Positions 8,013 through 15,183 of a stretch of DNA of 46,580 nt are shown here, piece by piece. Location of the stretch: the IMG/VR virus record IMGVR_UViG_3300031413_000013, positions 1-46,580 of that record. One strand, written 5' to 3'. Source of the DNA: a virus. Within the stretch, counting starts at the first letter, position 1, and each line of letters starts with the position of its first letter. The position numbers and the translations under genes were made by a program. The notes below the pieces were generated by a model, which saw only the letters and a list, made by a program, of their open reading frames with translations, was not told where the DNA came from and ran no database searches.

Positions 8013-8284
8013 CCCCGACCGAGATCAACGCAATCGGCGCCATGCTCCAGAGCATCCGCCACCCCGACGAAAGCGTCGTCACGCTGGCGTTCACCGCGCA
8101 CGCACCGAACGCCGAGACTTTCGACGGCAGCGTGTCCGTCACCGTCGCCAACCACGTCGACACCGCGACCAGCGAGAGCGTCACGCTCGACTGCGCGCTT
8201 CACATGGCCCGCGCCAAGCTGCGGAACATGGCTGAGGCCCGCGTCAAGGCTGCGGCTGACATGAAGAAGGATAAGGCAGCATGA
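8009..8284 (+). CDS. Hypothetical protein (91 aa).
   Basis: Coupled ORF. Confidence 0.6.
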   Translation: MTPTEINAIGAMLQSIRHPDESVVTLAFTAHAPNAETFDGSVSVTVANHVDTATSESVTLDCALHMARAKLRNMAEARVKAAADMKKDKAA

Positions 8285-8598
8285 ACGCGCAAACCAACGA
8301 TGTCGCTGCGGTGCTAGAGCGCGCGGCTGAAGTAATTGTCGATAATGGGTGGTGCCAAGGCACATTCTCGTTCGACGGATGCTATTGCGCGCTTGGTGCA
8401 ATTGCAAATGCTTGTGGCATTGAAGGCTGGAAAGCCAATTTTGCTGAAGGCATGACAGGCCGCGCCGCTCAGCAGTTACGTGACACTATCGACCGAGACG
8501 CGGTTGACGAATGGAACGACACCGAAGGCCGCACGCAAACCGAGGTTGTTGCCGCCCTGCGCCGAGCTGCCACGCTCGCCCGTGCAGGTGCAGCATGA
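8281..8598 (+). CDS. Hypothetical phage protein (105 aa).
   Basis: Coupled ORF. The ...NGWCQG...CYCALGAI... pattern is common in small phage proteins of unknown function. Confidence 0.6.
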   Translation: MNAQTNDVAAVLERAAEVIVDNGWCQGTFSFDGCYCALGAIANACGIEGWKANFAEGMTGRAAQQLRDTIDRDAVDEWNDTEGRTQTEVVAALRRAATLARAGAA

Positions 8599-8849
8599 TC
8601 GGCATCACCCTCTTCGCCGCCCAGATGTACATCGACCGCGTAAACCCCTCCGCTAGCTTGGCGGAAGCAAACGCAGCGATGCAGCCGTGCGATCTGGTCG
8701 CGGAATACTGCCGAGCCAATGAGCACGCGCAGTACCGCAACACCACCGCCCACGTCGTCACCTTCAAGGGTCGAGCCGTCGAGGTTTGGCCGCGCTGGAT
8801 GGTCGTCTCCCGTGGTCCTGTTTCCTCTCGTTTGGGAGTTCTGTCGTGA
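8595..8849 (+). CDS. Hypothetical protein (84 aa).
   Basis: The internal ATG at 8595 overlaps the upstream stop. Confidence 0.55.
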   Translation: MIGITLFAAQMYIDRVNPSASLAEANAAMQPCDLVAEYCRANEHAQYRNTTAHVVTFKGRAVEVWPRWMVVSRGPVSSRLGVLS

Positions 8850-9577
8850 CGGATACCATCACCGCGCCCGGCCTGACCGGCTTGCGCGCGCCCTTCCCGC
8901 CGCACCAGATCAGCCGCCTGCCGAAGCCGACAAAGGCACAGACCGACAAGGTCAAGGCTGACTTCAAGGCCGGGATCCGCTGCAAGATTTGCGGCACGTG
9001 GCATCACCCTGACGTGGTGCATCTCGACTATGTCGGGCACGCCGCGCTGACCAACCGACTGCTCGACGTCGATCCTAGCTGGTCGTGGGAGCCTGTGCCA
9101 GATCCCGCGGCGCATGGCTTCCCGGTCGTCCCGGGCGGCATGTGGATCAAGCTGACCGTCGAAGGCGTCAGCCGCTACGGCTTCGGCTGCGCGGACGGCA
9201 AGTCAGGAGGCGACGCGATCAAGGAAGTGATCGGCGACGCACTGCGCAATGCCGCGATGCGCTTTGGTGCCGCGCTCGACCTCTGGCACAAGGGTGACCT
9301 ACATGTCGATGACGCTGAGGAAGCCGCGCCTGTCGAGCAGGCTAAGCCCTTCGTGATCGATGACCACCAGCGCGCGCACCTGATGACGCTTGCCGAGCAG
9401 GCCGGCGCGGACATGAAGGGCTTTTGCGAGTTCTTCGGGATCACTGCCCTGCCGCACCTCCCAGGCGACCGGTTCCAGCAGGCAAAGACGATGCTCGAGA
9501 AGAAGCTAGCCGCCAAGAAGCCGCCTGCGAACGACCTCGACACCAACATCCCATTCGAGGATGCGCGCAATGGGTAA
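8846..9577 (+). CDS. Rad52/Sak-type (DUF1071-like) single-strand annealing protein.
   Basis: CKICGTWHHPDVVHLDYVGHAALTNRLLDVDPSWSWE ... GDAIKEVIGDALRNAAMRFGAALDLW is characteristic of Rad52-like phage recombinases. The GTG start forms a GTGA overlap with the upstream stop. Confidence 0.7.
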   Translation: MTDTITAPGLTGLRAPFPPHQISRLPKPTKAQTDKVKADFKAGIRCKICGTWHHPDVVHLDYVGHAALTNRLLDVDPSWSWEPVPDPAAHGFPVVPGGMWIKLTVEGVSRYGFGCADGKSGGDAIKEVIGDALRNAAMRFGAALDLWHKGDLHVDDAEEAAPVEQAKPFVIDDHQRAHLMTLAEQAGADMKGFCEFFGITALPHLPGDRFQQAKTMLEKKLAAKKPPANDLDTNIPFEDARNG

Positions 9578-10262
9578 TGAACGCGCCATCATCGGGCATA
9601 ATCAGGCCCCGGATCCTATAGACACCGCGCTCGCCCCGTTCGGCGATACGCTGGAGGAAGTCGCACTGTGGCTCGACGGCCTGCTGGTCGAGAATGAAGG
9701 CCAGCTCGCGGCTACCGACAAGCTGCTCAAGGATCTGAAAGCCGCGCGCAAGGCGGTCGATACCGCGCGCGACGACGTGACGAAGCCGCTCCACGAAATG
9801 TGGAAGGCGGAGATCGCGCGATGGAAGCCAACGCAGGACGATCTTGACCGTCAGGTTCGGTGCCTCGTTGCCGCGCAGTCGCCCTACAAGGCCAAGCTGG
9901 CAGCGGAGAAGGAGGCGGCACGTGTCGCCGCGCAAGTTGCAGCCGATGCCAAGGCCGAGGAAGCGCGGCAAGCCCACCTCGCGGCGAACGCGGCCAGCCT
10001 GGAGGACCAGCGCAAAGCCGACGACATGCTTCGCGAAGCCGAGCAGGCCCGCAAGGTCGCGGCCCGCGCTGGCAAGGACACGGTCGCCGGGATGCGTACG
10101 GTTCAGGTCTTCGAGATCGAGAGCCACAAGCAGGCCCTGACGTGGATCGCCACGCACGACCGGGAGGCGCTGACGGCGTTCATCGAGGACTATGTACGCC
10201 GCAGTTTCAAAGCCGGCCCGATCGATGGCGTGATCGTCCGTAGCGAAAAGGTCGCGTTCTGA
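9570..10262 (+). CDS. Hypothetical coiled-coil protein, recombination-module associated.
   Basis: ORF 9561-10262. The ATG at 9570 is preferred because GAGGA lies 9 nt upstream. Confidence 0.6.
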   Translation: MGNERAIIGHNQAPDPIDTALAPFGDTLEEVALWLDGLLVENEGQLAATDKLLKDLKAARKAVDTARDDVTKPLHEMWKAEIARWKPTQDDLDRQVRCLVAAQSPYKAKLAAEKEAARVAAQVAADAKAEEARQAHLAANAASLEDQRKADDMLREAEQARKVAARAGKDTVAGMRTVQVFEIESHKQALTWIATHDREALTAFIEDYVRRSFKAGPIDGVIVRSEKVAF

Positions 10263-10603
10263 TGGCCCTTCCCCAGCGCCTAGCCCCCGATCACTTCAAG
10301 CCGAAAGCGCGCATGCGTTCGACAGCTCACCGCGATTGGGTTCGTAGCCATCGCTGCTCGGTCTTCGGCTGCAACGACATGCCGATCGAGGTCGCGCACG
10401 TCAGCCGTTCGTGGAGCGGTGGAATGGGCGAGAAGTCGAGCGACGCCATGACGATCAGCCTTTGCCGCGATCATCACAGCGAGAGCCATCGCGGCGAAAA
10501 GACCTTCGAGCGCAAGTACGGGTTCGACCTGCTTGCGAAGGCGCGGGAGTTTTATTGCGCCAGCCCACACCGCCAGAAGCTCGACGACCCGTATGTCCGC
10601 TGA
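10262..10603 (+). CDS. HNH-type nuclease-like protein (Ref/DUF968-like).
   Basis: CSVFGC...IEVAHV...GMGEKSSDAMTISLCRDHHSESHRGEKTFERKYG shows a Cys pair plus an HH...H pattern. Confidence 0.5.
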   Translation: MALPQRLAPDHFKPKARMRSTAHRDWVRSHRCSVFGCNDMPIEVAHVSRSWSGGMGEKSSDAMTISLCRDHHSESHRGEKTFERKYGFDLLAKAREFYCASPHRQKLDDPYVR

Positions 10604-11042
10604 CACCGCCCCCCTGCTCGCCGTTGGGCGCTTCGGCACGCTGGTCCCGGCCAACGATGCTGCTCGCGAGGCGATGAAAGCCGTCAACGGGATCCAGTGC
10701 CGGATCGAGATCAAGAAGTCGGGCGCGAACCAGCGCCGGCGGGCATATTATTGGGTGATGCTCTCGGCTGCGGCCGACGCGCTCACCGACATGACCGGCC
10801 AGCCCTGGGACAGTGATCTGCTCCACGACGAGCTGAAACGCCGCCTCAATCTTGGCGTGACCTTCACGACACCGAGCGGGGTCGAGGTGTTCAAGGCACG
10901 GTCGACGAACAACCGCGCCATGACCGAGCCCGAGCGCGCCCACTGGACCGACCGCTGCGCACACGTCCTGTCCGTCTGGATCGGGTGCGAGATGAGCGAA
11001 CTGCTCGACGAGGCCACGCGTCGCAACGGTGAAGCGGCATGA
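10593..11042 (+). CDS. Hypothetical protein, possibly NinB/DUF1367-like.
   Basis: The ATG at 10593 overlaps the upstream gene. The ...KKSGANQRRRAYYWVMLSAAAD... pattern is reminiscent of DUF1367. Confidence 0.4.
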   Translation: MSADTAPLLAVGRFGTLVPANDAAREAMKAVNGIQCRIEIKKSGANQRRRAYYWVMLSAAADALTDMTGQPWDSDLLHDELKRRLNLGVTFTTPSGVEVFKARSTNNRAMTEPERAHWTDRCAHVLSVWIGCEMSELLDEATRRNGEAA

Positions 11043-11206
11043 CCGCGCAAGGAACAGAAGCCGGAACGGGCGAGACCGAAGGGCTCGACGCGAAGCGCGA
11101 TGGTCCGGTCGACAACGTCGATGCGCCCAACCCACCAAAGCGCTGTCCAATTACAGGCCAGCCTTACCCTACTCCTAGAGACTCTTATGAATCGGAGAGC
11201 ATCTGA
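11039..11206 (+). CDS. Small hypothetical protein (55 aa; below the ORF-track cutoff).
   Basis: Manual translation gives MTAQGTEAGTGETEGLDAKRDGPVDNVDAPNPPKRCPITGQPYPTPRDSYESESI*. It is coupled at both ends. Confidence 0.4.
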   Translation: MTAQGTEAGTGETEGLDAKRDGPVDNVDAPNPPKRCPITGQPYPTPRDSYESESI

Positions 11207-11883
11207 TGACCATCGATACGACAGACCAGCAAGCGGTGACGGTTGCGCAGGAGGACCGGGAGGCGGCTGCGAACATGCACGCTTACATCATGCGCGAGTT
11301 GGGCGATGCCGCCCCGGCCAAGCTCTTGTGCGATATTATGACGGAGCGGATGAGGACCGGGTGGCACGATAACAGCGAAGGGGTCCAAGCCTTCGCCCGC
11401 CATCGCCCCGCCTCTGTATCATCCGCGAGTGTAGAGACGTTGGCGCTACAGGCGATCAAGGTCGTCACCGCCACGGCAAAGGACGGTGCAGCGGGGCTTT
11501 CGCGGATCATGGCGATCGCGAACGCTGCGGGCGTGCAGGCATCCTACAACGATTTGCTGCAAGATCCCGCGGTGGCGCTGATCGTCGAGCATCCGCGCAC
11601 CGAATGGACGCACTTGTTCAAGCCGGATGCGAAGGGTTGCGCAATCCCGCCCGATGGCTGGCAGTGTTCACGCGCTCGCGGCCATGCCGGTCCGTGCGCC
11701 GCATCCCCCGAACCTGTACCCGCGACCAATCAGGCGGGAGAGGTGGCCGAACGGGCGCGCGAGTTGGCGCACCGGATCATCTTGGAGTTCAGGCCAAACG
11801 GTTGGGAGGCAAAGGAGAAGGAACTGTATCGGCTTTTGCTTGGCAGTTTTGAAGCCGCCCTCGCACAGGTCAAGGCATCATGA
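11206..11883 (+). CDS. Hypothetical protein (225 aa).
   Basis: Long coupled ORF. Confidence 0.65.
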   Translation: MTIDTTDQQAVTVAQEDREAAANMHAYIMRELGDAAPAKLLCDIMTERMRTGWHDNSEGVQAFARHRPASVSSASVETLALQAIKVVTATAKDGAAGLSRIMAIANAAGVQASYNDLLQDPAVALIVEHPRTEWTHLFKPDAKGCAIPPDGWQCSRARGHAGPCAASPEPVPATNQAGEVAERARELAHRIILEFRPNGWEAKEKELYRLLLGSFEAALAQVKAS

Positions 11884-12236
11884 GCGGGGCTGTCGAAGGG
11901 GTGGCGCTATCGCCTTGTCCGTTCTGTGGCTCATGTGATGTGGTGCTGATCCCTCAGACGGGCTCAGTCGAATGCATTGACTGCGGCGCGATCGGCCCTG
12001 GCACGCTTGGCGATGATTGTGCCGCGCTCTGGAACACCCGCACCACACCCCCAGCGCGGTCCTATGCGGATGCGATCGAGGACGCGGCGAAGGCCTGCGA
12101 GGACCAGCAGCAAGTGTTTCTGTCCCCGCAGTACGCCACAGGTCAACCGCTGTCATCATTTCACGAGCGTTTCGCGTGCGGGCAGTGTGCCGCCGCCATC
12201 CGCCTCTTGTCGCATTCCAGTAAAGGTGTAGAGTAA
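11880..12236 (+). CDS. Lar-family (restriction alleviation)-like protein, copy 1. Its 3' end has been replaced by the tnpB insertion.
   Basis: LSPCPFCGSCDVVLIPQTGSVECIDCGAIGP...ALWNTRT matches the Lar zinc-ribbon pattern CPFCG...C..CG...WNTR. Confidence 0.65.
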   Translation: MSGAVEGVALSPCPFCGSCDVVLIPQTGSVECIDCGAIGPGTLGDDCAALWNTRTTPPARSYADAIEDAAKACEDQQQVFLSPQYATGQPLSSFHERFACGQCAAAIRLLSHSSKGVE

Positions 12237-13341
12237 TGGAGATGGCAACTCAGACCATAACCGCCAAGTTTCGGCTACGCGATAAGCACGCGACTGAGCT
12301 TAATCGCCAGTCCCGCGTCGTCAATTTTGTGTGGAACTACTGCAACGAGGTACAGAAGAAGGCGGCTCAAGCCGGTCGAAAGTGGCTTACCGCGTTTGAG
12401 TTGATGCGGATGACCAGCGGCTCTTCGAAAGAACTGGACGTACACTGCCATACGATCCAGCGGGTATGCTCCGCGCATTATGATGCTCGTCGTACGCACA
12501 AGCTTCCTTGGCTTAGGTGGCGTTCGCGTAAATCGCTTGGATGGGTTCCGTTCAACAACAGCTACGTTCATTTCGATGGCGAGTGTTTCGTGTTCCGTGG
12601 CGTCCGCTACGAGGCGATGCATCTACGTCCATTTCTTAAGCCGGGCATGCGGTTTGGCGCTGGCAGCTTTAATGCTGATGCCAAGGGCAACTGGTATATC
12701 AATCTGCCAGTCGCTGTAGAGTGTGCAGATCCATGCTCAGGCCCATCGATCGGCGTTGACCTGGGTCTTAAGACGCTTGCAACGCTATCCGATGGCGCAA
12801 GCATCGTTATGCCGCGCTTCTACCGCGAAAGCGAGATGGCACTGGCTACTGCGCAGCGCGCCAAAAAGACGAAGCGCGCTCGAGCGATTCAGGCGAAGGC
12901 GCGTAACCGTCGCCAAGACTTTCAGCACAAGGCAAGTAAGGCATTGTGCGCGAAATACGGGGTCATCATCGTTGGTGATGTGAGCCCGTCGAAATTGGCC
13001 AAGACCAGCATGGCGAAGTCGGTTTACGACGCCGGCTGGTCGGGCCTCAAGAGCATGATCCGGTACAAGGCAATTATGCATGGCGGGACATATCTTGAGG
13101 TCAATGAGGCCTATAGTACCCAAACCTGCTCTTCGTGTGGCTCGCTGCCCGCGTCGAGGCCGAGAGGTATCGCAGGACTTGGAATGAGGGAATGGGAGTG
13201 CAGCGACTGCGGAACGGTCCACGACCGTGACGTAAACGCTGCGCGTAACATTCTCCGTGTCGGGCTGGACACGCTTGCCGAAGGAGCCGCGGCGAGACGG
13301 GGGAAACCCCTTATCGCTGAGGAGCAGCCAATCTTGTCGCA
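12205..13341 (+). mobile_element. TnpB-only insertion (IS200/IS605-family, IS1341-like) bracketed by the 10-bp direct repeat TCTTGTCGCA.
   Basis: The repeat lies at 12205-12214 and 13332-13341. The interior is visibly lower in GC than the flanks and contains a single tnpB ORF. No tnpA is present. Confidence 0.7.
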
Positions 13342-13357
13342 GGGAGCCTCGGCATGA
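12236..13357 (+). CDS. tnpB: TnpB RNA-guided endonuclease (OrfB_IS605 + Zn ribbon); catalytic residues intact.
   Basis: RuvC-I is SIGVDLGLKT, RuvC-II is LEVNEAYSTQTCSSCG, the zinc finger is CSSCG...CSDCG and RuvC-III is HDRDVNAARNILRVG. The protein is 373 aa. Confidence 0.9.
   Translation: MEMATQTITAKFRLRDKHATELNRQSRVVNFVWNYCNEVQKKAAQAGRKWLTAFELMRMTSGSSKELDVHCHTIQRVCSAHYDARRTHKLPWLRWRSRKSLGWVPFNNSYVHFDGECFVFRGVRYEAMHLRPFLKPGMRFGAGSFNADAKGNWYINLPVAVECADPCSGPSIGVDLGLKTLATLSDGASIVMPRFYRESEMALATAQRAKKTKRARAIQAKARNRRQDFQHKASKALCAKYGVIIVGDVSPSKLAKTSMAKSVYDAGWSGLKSMIRYKAIMHGGTYLEVNEAYSTQTCSSCGSLPASRPRGIAGLGMREWECSDCGTVHDRDVNAARNILRVGLDTLAEGAAARRGKPLIAEEQPILSQGASA
13150..13357 (+). ncRNA. Candidate omega-RNA (scaffold plus guide) for TnpB. 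Predicted only from position.
   Basis: In known TnpB systems the guide RNA overlaps the 3' end of tnpB and ends in flanking DNA. A local hairpin GGGG-AAA-CCCC lies at 13300-13310. No covariance evidence is available. Confidence 0.35.
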
Positions 13358-13533
13358 GCACCACCGACATCCCCAAGCGCTACGACGACAACGGTATCCG
13401 CATGATGCAGACCGGGGCCGAACGTCGCTTACCCTGCGGTCGGACGGTACAGATGCACACGCCTAACCCAGAGTGGATGGCCGAACTGCTGGCAAAGCTT
13501 GGCGATGTGCCGGAGGTGCGAAATGGCCAGTAG
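13354..13533 (+). CDS. Small hypothetical protein (59 aa; below the ORF-track cutoff).
   Basis: Manual translation gives MSTTDIPKRYDDNGIRMMQTGAERRLPCGRTVQMHTPNPEWMAELLAKLGDVPEVRNGQ*. Third-position GC is high, and the start forms an ATGA overlap with the tnpB stop. Confidence 0.5.
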   Translation: MSTTDIPKRYDDNGIRMMQTGAERRLPCGRTVQMHTPNPEWMAELLAKLGDVPEVRNGQ

Positions 13534-13885
13534 CTTCGACATCCCGCCGCCCTTCACTGTTCGCACCCTTGCCGATCGGTGGGGGTGCAGCGAAGGCGCG
13601 ATCCGTAAATTGATCGACACAGATGGCTTGCCGCATTTCAGGATCGGTGTCCTTATCAGGATCGCCGCGAGCGATATCCAGGAATACGAGCAATGCCAGA
13701 AGACCCCTACACCGTTCAAAAGCTGCGAGGCGGATTTGCCATCGTCCACCGTGAAGACGGAAAGCGACGACGGATCCAGCTCGAGGCGACGGATCGCCAA
13801 AGCGCCGAAGCGGAAGCGCGCCGCAAATGGGCAGCTAGTGACCAGTCGCCGTGGACTGTCTCTCGTGTCGTCGCACACTACCTAA
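13523..13885 (+). CDS. xis: Excisionase-family HTH protein. The ORF runs about 190 nt into int in another frame.
   Basis: FTVRTLADRWGCSEGAIRKLIDTDGLPHFRIGVLIRIAASDIQEYE is a typical excisionase/AlpA HTH_17 pattern located directly upstream of int. Confidence 0.65.
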   Translation: MASSFDIPPPFTVRTLADRWGCSEGAIRKLIDTDGLPHFRIGVLIRIAASDIQEYEQCQKTPTPFKSCEADLPSSTVKTESDDGSSSRRRIAKAPKRKRAANGQLVTSRRGLSLVSSHTT

Positions 13886-14709
13886 AGGCCAAGGAGGCGG
13901 AGGGGATCGCCACCCTCGACCGGCGCCGTGATGCGTGGAAGGCGATGCGGCCATTCTGGGAGCGAATCGATCCGCACATGATCGACCCCCCGATGTGTAA
14001 GGCGTATCGCGCTACCCGGCCTGTGTCCGATGCCACCGTGCGGCTTGAGTTGTCCTTGCTCTCGACTGCGCTGGGCATGGTCGCCAAGGACCGCAACATC
14101 CCCGAGATCACCAACAAGCCCGATATGTGGCTTCCCCCGGCAAGCGAGCGGCAGGAGCGGCACCTTACGGCCCGCCAGTTCAAGAAGCTCCAGGCGGGCG
14201 CTATAGCCCCCCACGCTTCGCTCTATATGGCCCTTGGTGTCTTCACCCTCGCACGCCCTAGCGCGCTGTTCGACCTTCGCTGGACGCAGGTCGACTTCAT
14301 CCGCAACCTTATCGACCTCAACCCGCCTGGCCGGCGTCAGACAGCGAAGAAGCGGCCGATCGTGCCAATGGGTCCGCTGTTGCGCGAGGCTATGGAAAAG
14401 GCCTTCCGCGCGCGCACCTGCGAATATGTCATCGAATCTGGCGGCAAGCCCATCGCCAGCATCAAAAAGGCGTTTCAGGCAGCGGGCAAAAGGAGCGGTG
14501 TCCACGCAACGCCCTATACGCTTCGCCATACTGGCGCCGTTTGGTCGGCTGAACAGGGCACACCGATGCCGGTATTAGCCCAGCTTATGGGCCACGATGA
14601 CGACCGGACCACGCAAAAGCATTACGCGAGGTTTTCGCCGGACTACCTTCGCGGGGCCAGCCAGAGTGTCGAGGATGCGTTCAATGAAAAAGTCCGAGGT
14701 TCACCGTGA
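13693..14709 (+). CDS. int: Tyrosine integrase.
   Basis: The catalytic pattern is present: ...LARPSAL (Arg)...YTLRHTGAVW (HxxR)...HDDDRTTQKHY (Tyr). The attP core lies 43 nt downstream. Confidence 0.9.
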   Translation: MPEDPYTVQKLRGGFAIVHREDGKRRRIQLEATDRQSAEAEARRKWAASDQSPWTVSRVVAHYLKAKEAEGIATLDRRRDAWKAMRPFWERIDPHMIDPPMCKAYRATRPVSDATVRLELSLLSTALGMVAKDRNIPEITNKPDMWLPPASERQERHLTARQFKKLQAGAIAPHASLYMALGVFTLARPSALFDLRWTQVDFIRNLIDLNPPGRRQTAKKRPIVPMGPLLREAMEKAFRARTCEYVIESGGKPIASIKKAFQAAGKRSGVHATPYTLRHTGAVWSAEQGTPMPVLAQLMGHDDDRTTQKHYARFSPDYLRGASQSVEDAFNEKVRGSP

Positions 14710-14751
14710 ACCTTCGATCCCTGTCCATATTGGCGCTAAGTCCTTGATAAA

Positions 14752-14797
14752 TGGTCGGGAAGAGAGGATTCGAACCTCCGGCCCCTGCCTCCCGAAG
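14752..14797 (-). other. attP core: the 3' 46 nt of a tRNA-Pro(CGG), from the anticodon loop to CCA. It is not a complete tRNA.
   Basis: The reverse complement is CTTCGGGAGGCAGGGGCCGGAGGTTCGAATCCTCTCTTCCCGACCA. This comprises the anticodon loop TTCGGGA, the 3' anticodon stem, a T arm GGAGG-TTCGAAT-CCTCT and the acceptor 3' strand plus ACCA. The upstream sequence cannot form the 5' half. Confidence 0.8.
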
Positions 14798-14821
14798 ACG
14801 CTTCCCCGGAGCGCATATGGC

Positions 14822-14908
14822 GGTTTTCCGTGGTTTCCGCCCTGTGTGGCGTCCTGTCTGAACGCCTATGTTCCTGTTTGATTCACGGTTCGAGGTTCGT
14901 TGTGAACC
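14822..14908. repeat. Short GGTT(T)C-type repeats beside the attP core; candidate arm-type integrase or Xis binding sites.
   Basis: GGTTTTCCG lies at 14822-14830 and GGTTTCCG at 14832-14839. GGTTCG lies at 14887-14892 and 14894-14899, and an inverted GGTTCA lies within 14900-14908. Confidence 0.35.
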
Positions 14909-14919
14909 TGAACCCCTGT

Positions 14920-15069
14920 CTATGCGCCTCGCCGCTGCAATTCTCGCTCGACCGCTTCCCGGATGAATGCGGGTCGGCCGTAGTTGCCGGCGATCGCGTC
15001 GATACGGGCGAGCACGTCAGGCGCGAGCCGAACGGGCACGGGTTTCAGATTGAGCGGAGGGCGTCCCAT
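14920..15069 (-). CDS. Ribbon-helix-helix (CopG/Arc-like) DNA-binding protein.
   Basis: MGRPPLNLKPVPVRLAPDVLARIDAIAGNYGRPAFIREAVERELQRRGA follows a beta-strand then two-helix RHH pattern. The internal ATG at 15067-15069 was chosen. Confidence 0.7.
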   Translation of the reverse strand: MGRPPLNLKPVPVRLAPDVLARIDAIAGNYGRPAFIREAVERELQRRGA

Positions 15070-15107
15070 GCGCGGCTCGTTAGCGGGAGCGGTTTCTGTT
15101 CGCAAGA

Positions 15108-15168
15108 AAACGATACTCTTTTCTGTTGACCGGGTAAACGATGCTGTTTATATAAACGATATTGTTTT
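15108..15168 (+). promoter_or_regulatory. Three direct repeats AAACGAT-RYT-STTT overlapping a sigma70-like promoter (TTGACC-17-TATATA).
   Basis: The repeats lie at 15108-15122, 15136-15150 and 15154-15168. The -35 TTGACC is at 15126-15131 and the -10 TATATA at 15149-15154. GGAGG precedes the ATG at 15184. Confidence 0.6.
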
Positions 15169-15183
15169 GGAGGCAAGTGCGAT

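Noticed and set aside
12236-13357. A complete IS200/IS605 or IS607 element with a transposase.
   Set aside because: No Y1 (HUH) or serine-recombinase tnpA ORF occurs on either strand nearby. The flanking ORFs are ordinary phage genes with the high third-position GC of the rest of the genome.
14752-14835. A complete tRNA-Pro gene.
   Set aside because: Only the 3' 46 nt are tRNA-like. The adjacent sequence (GGGGAAGCGTC) cannot supply a D arm or the 5' anticodon stem, and the total would be about 56 nt. It is interpreted as an attP core.
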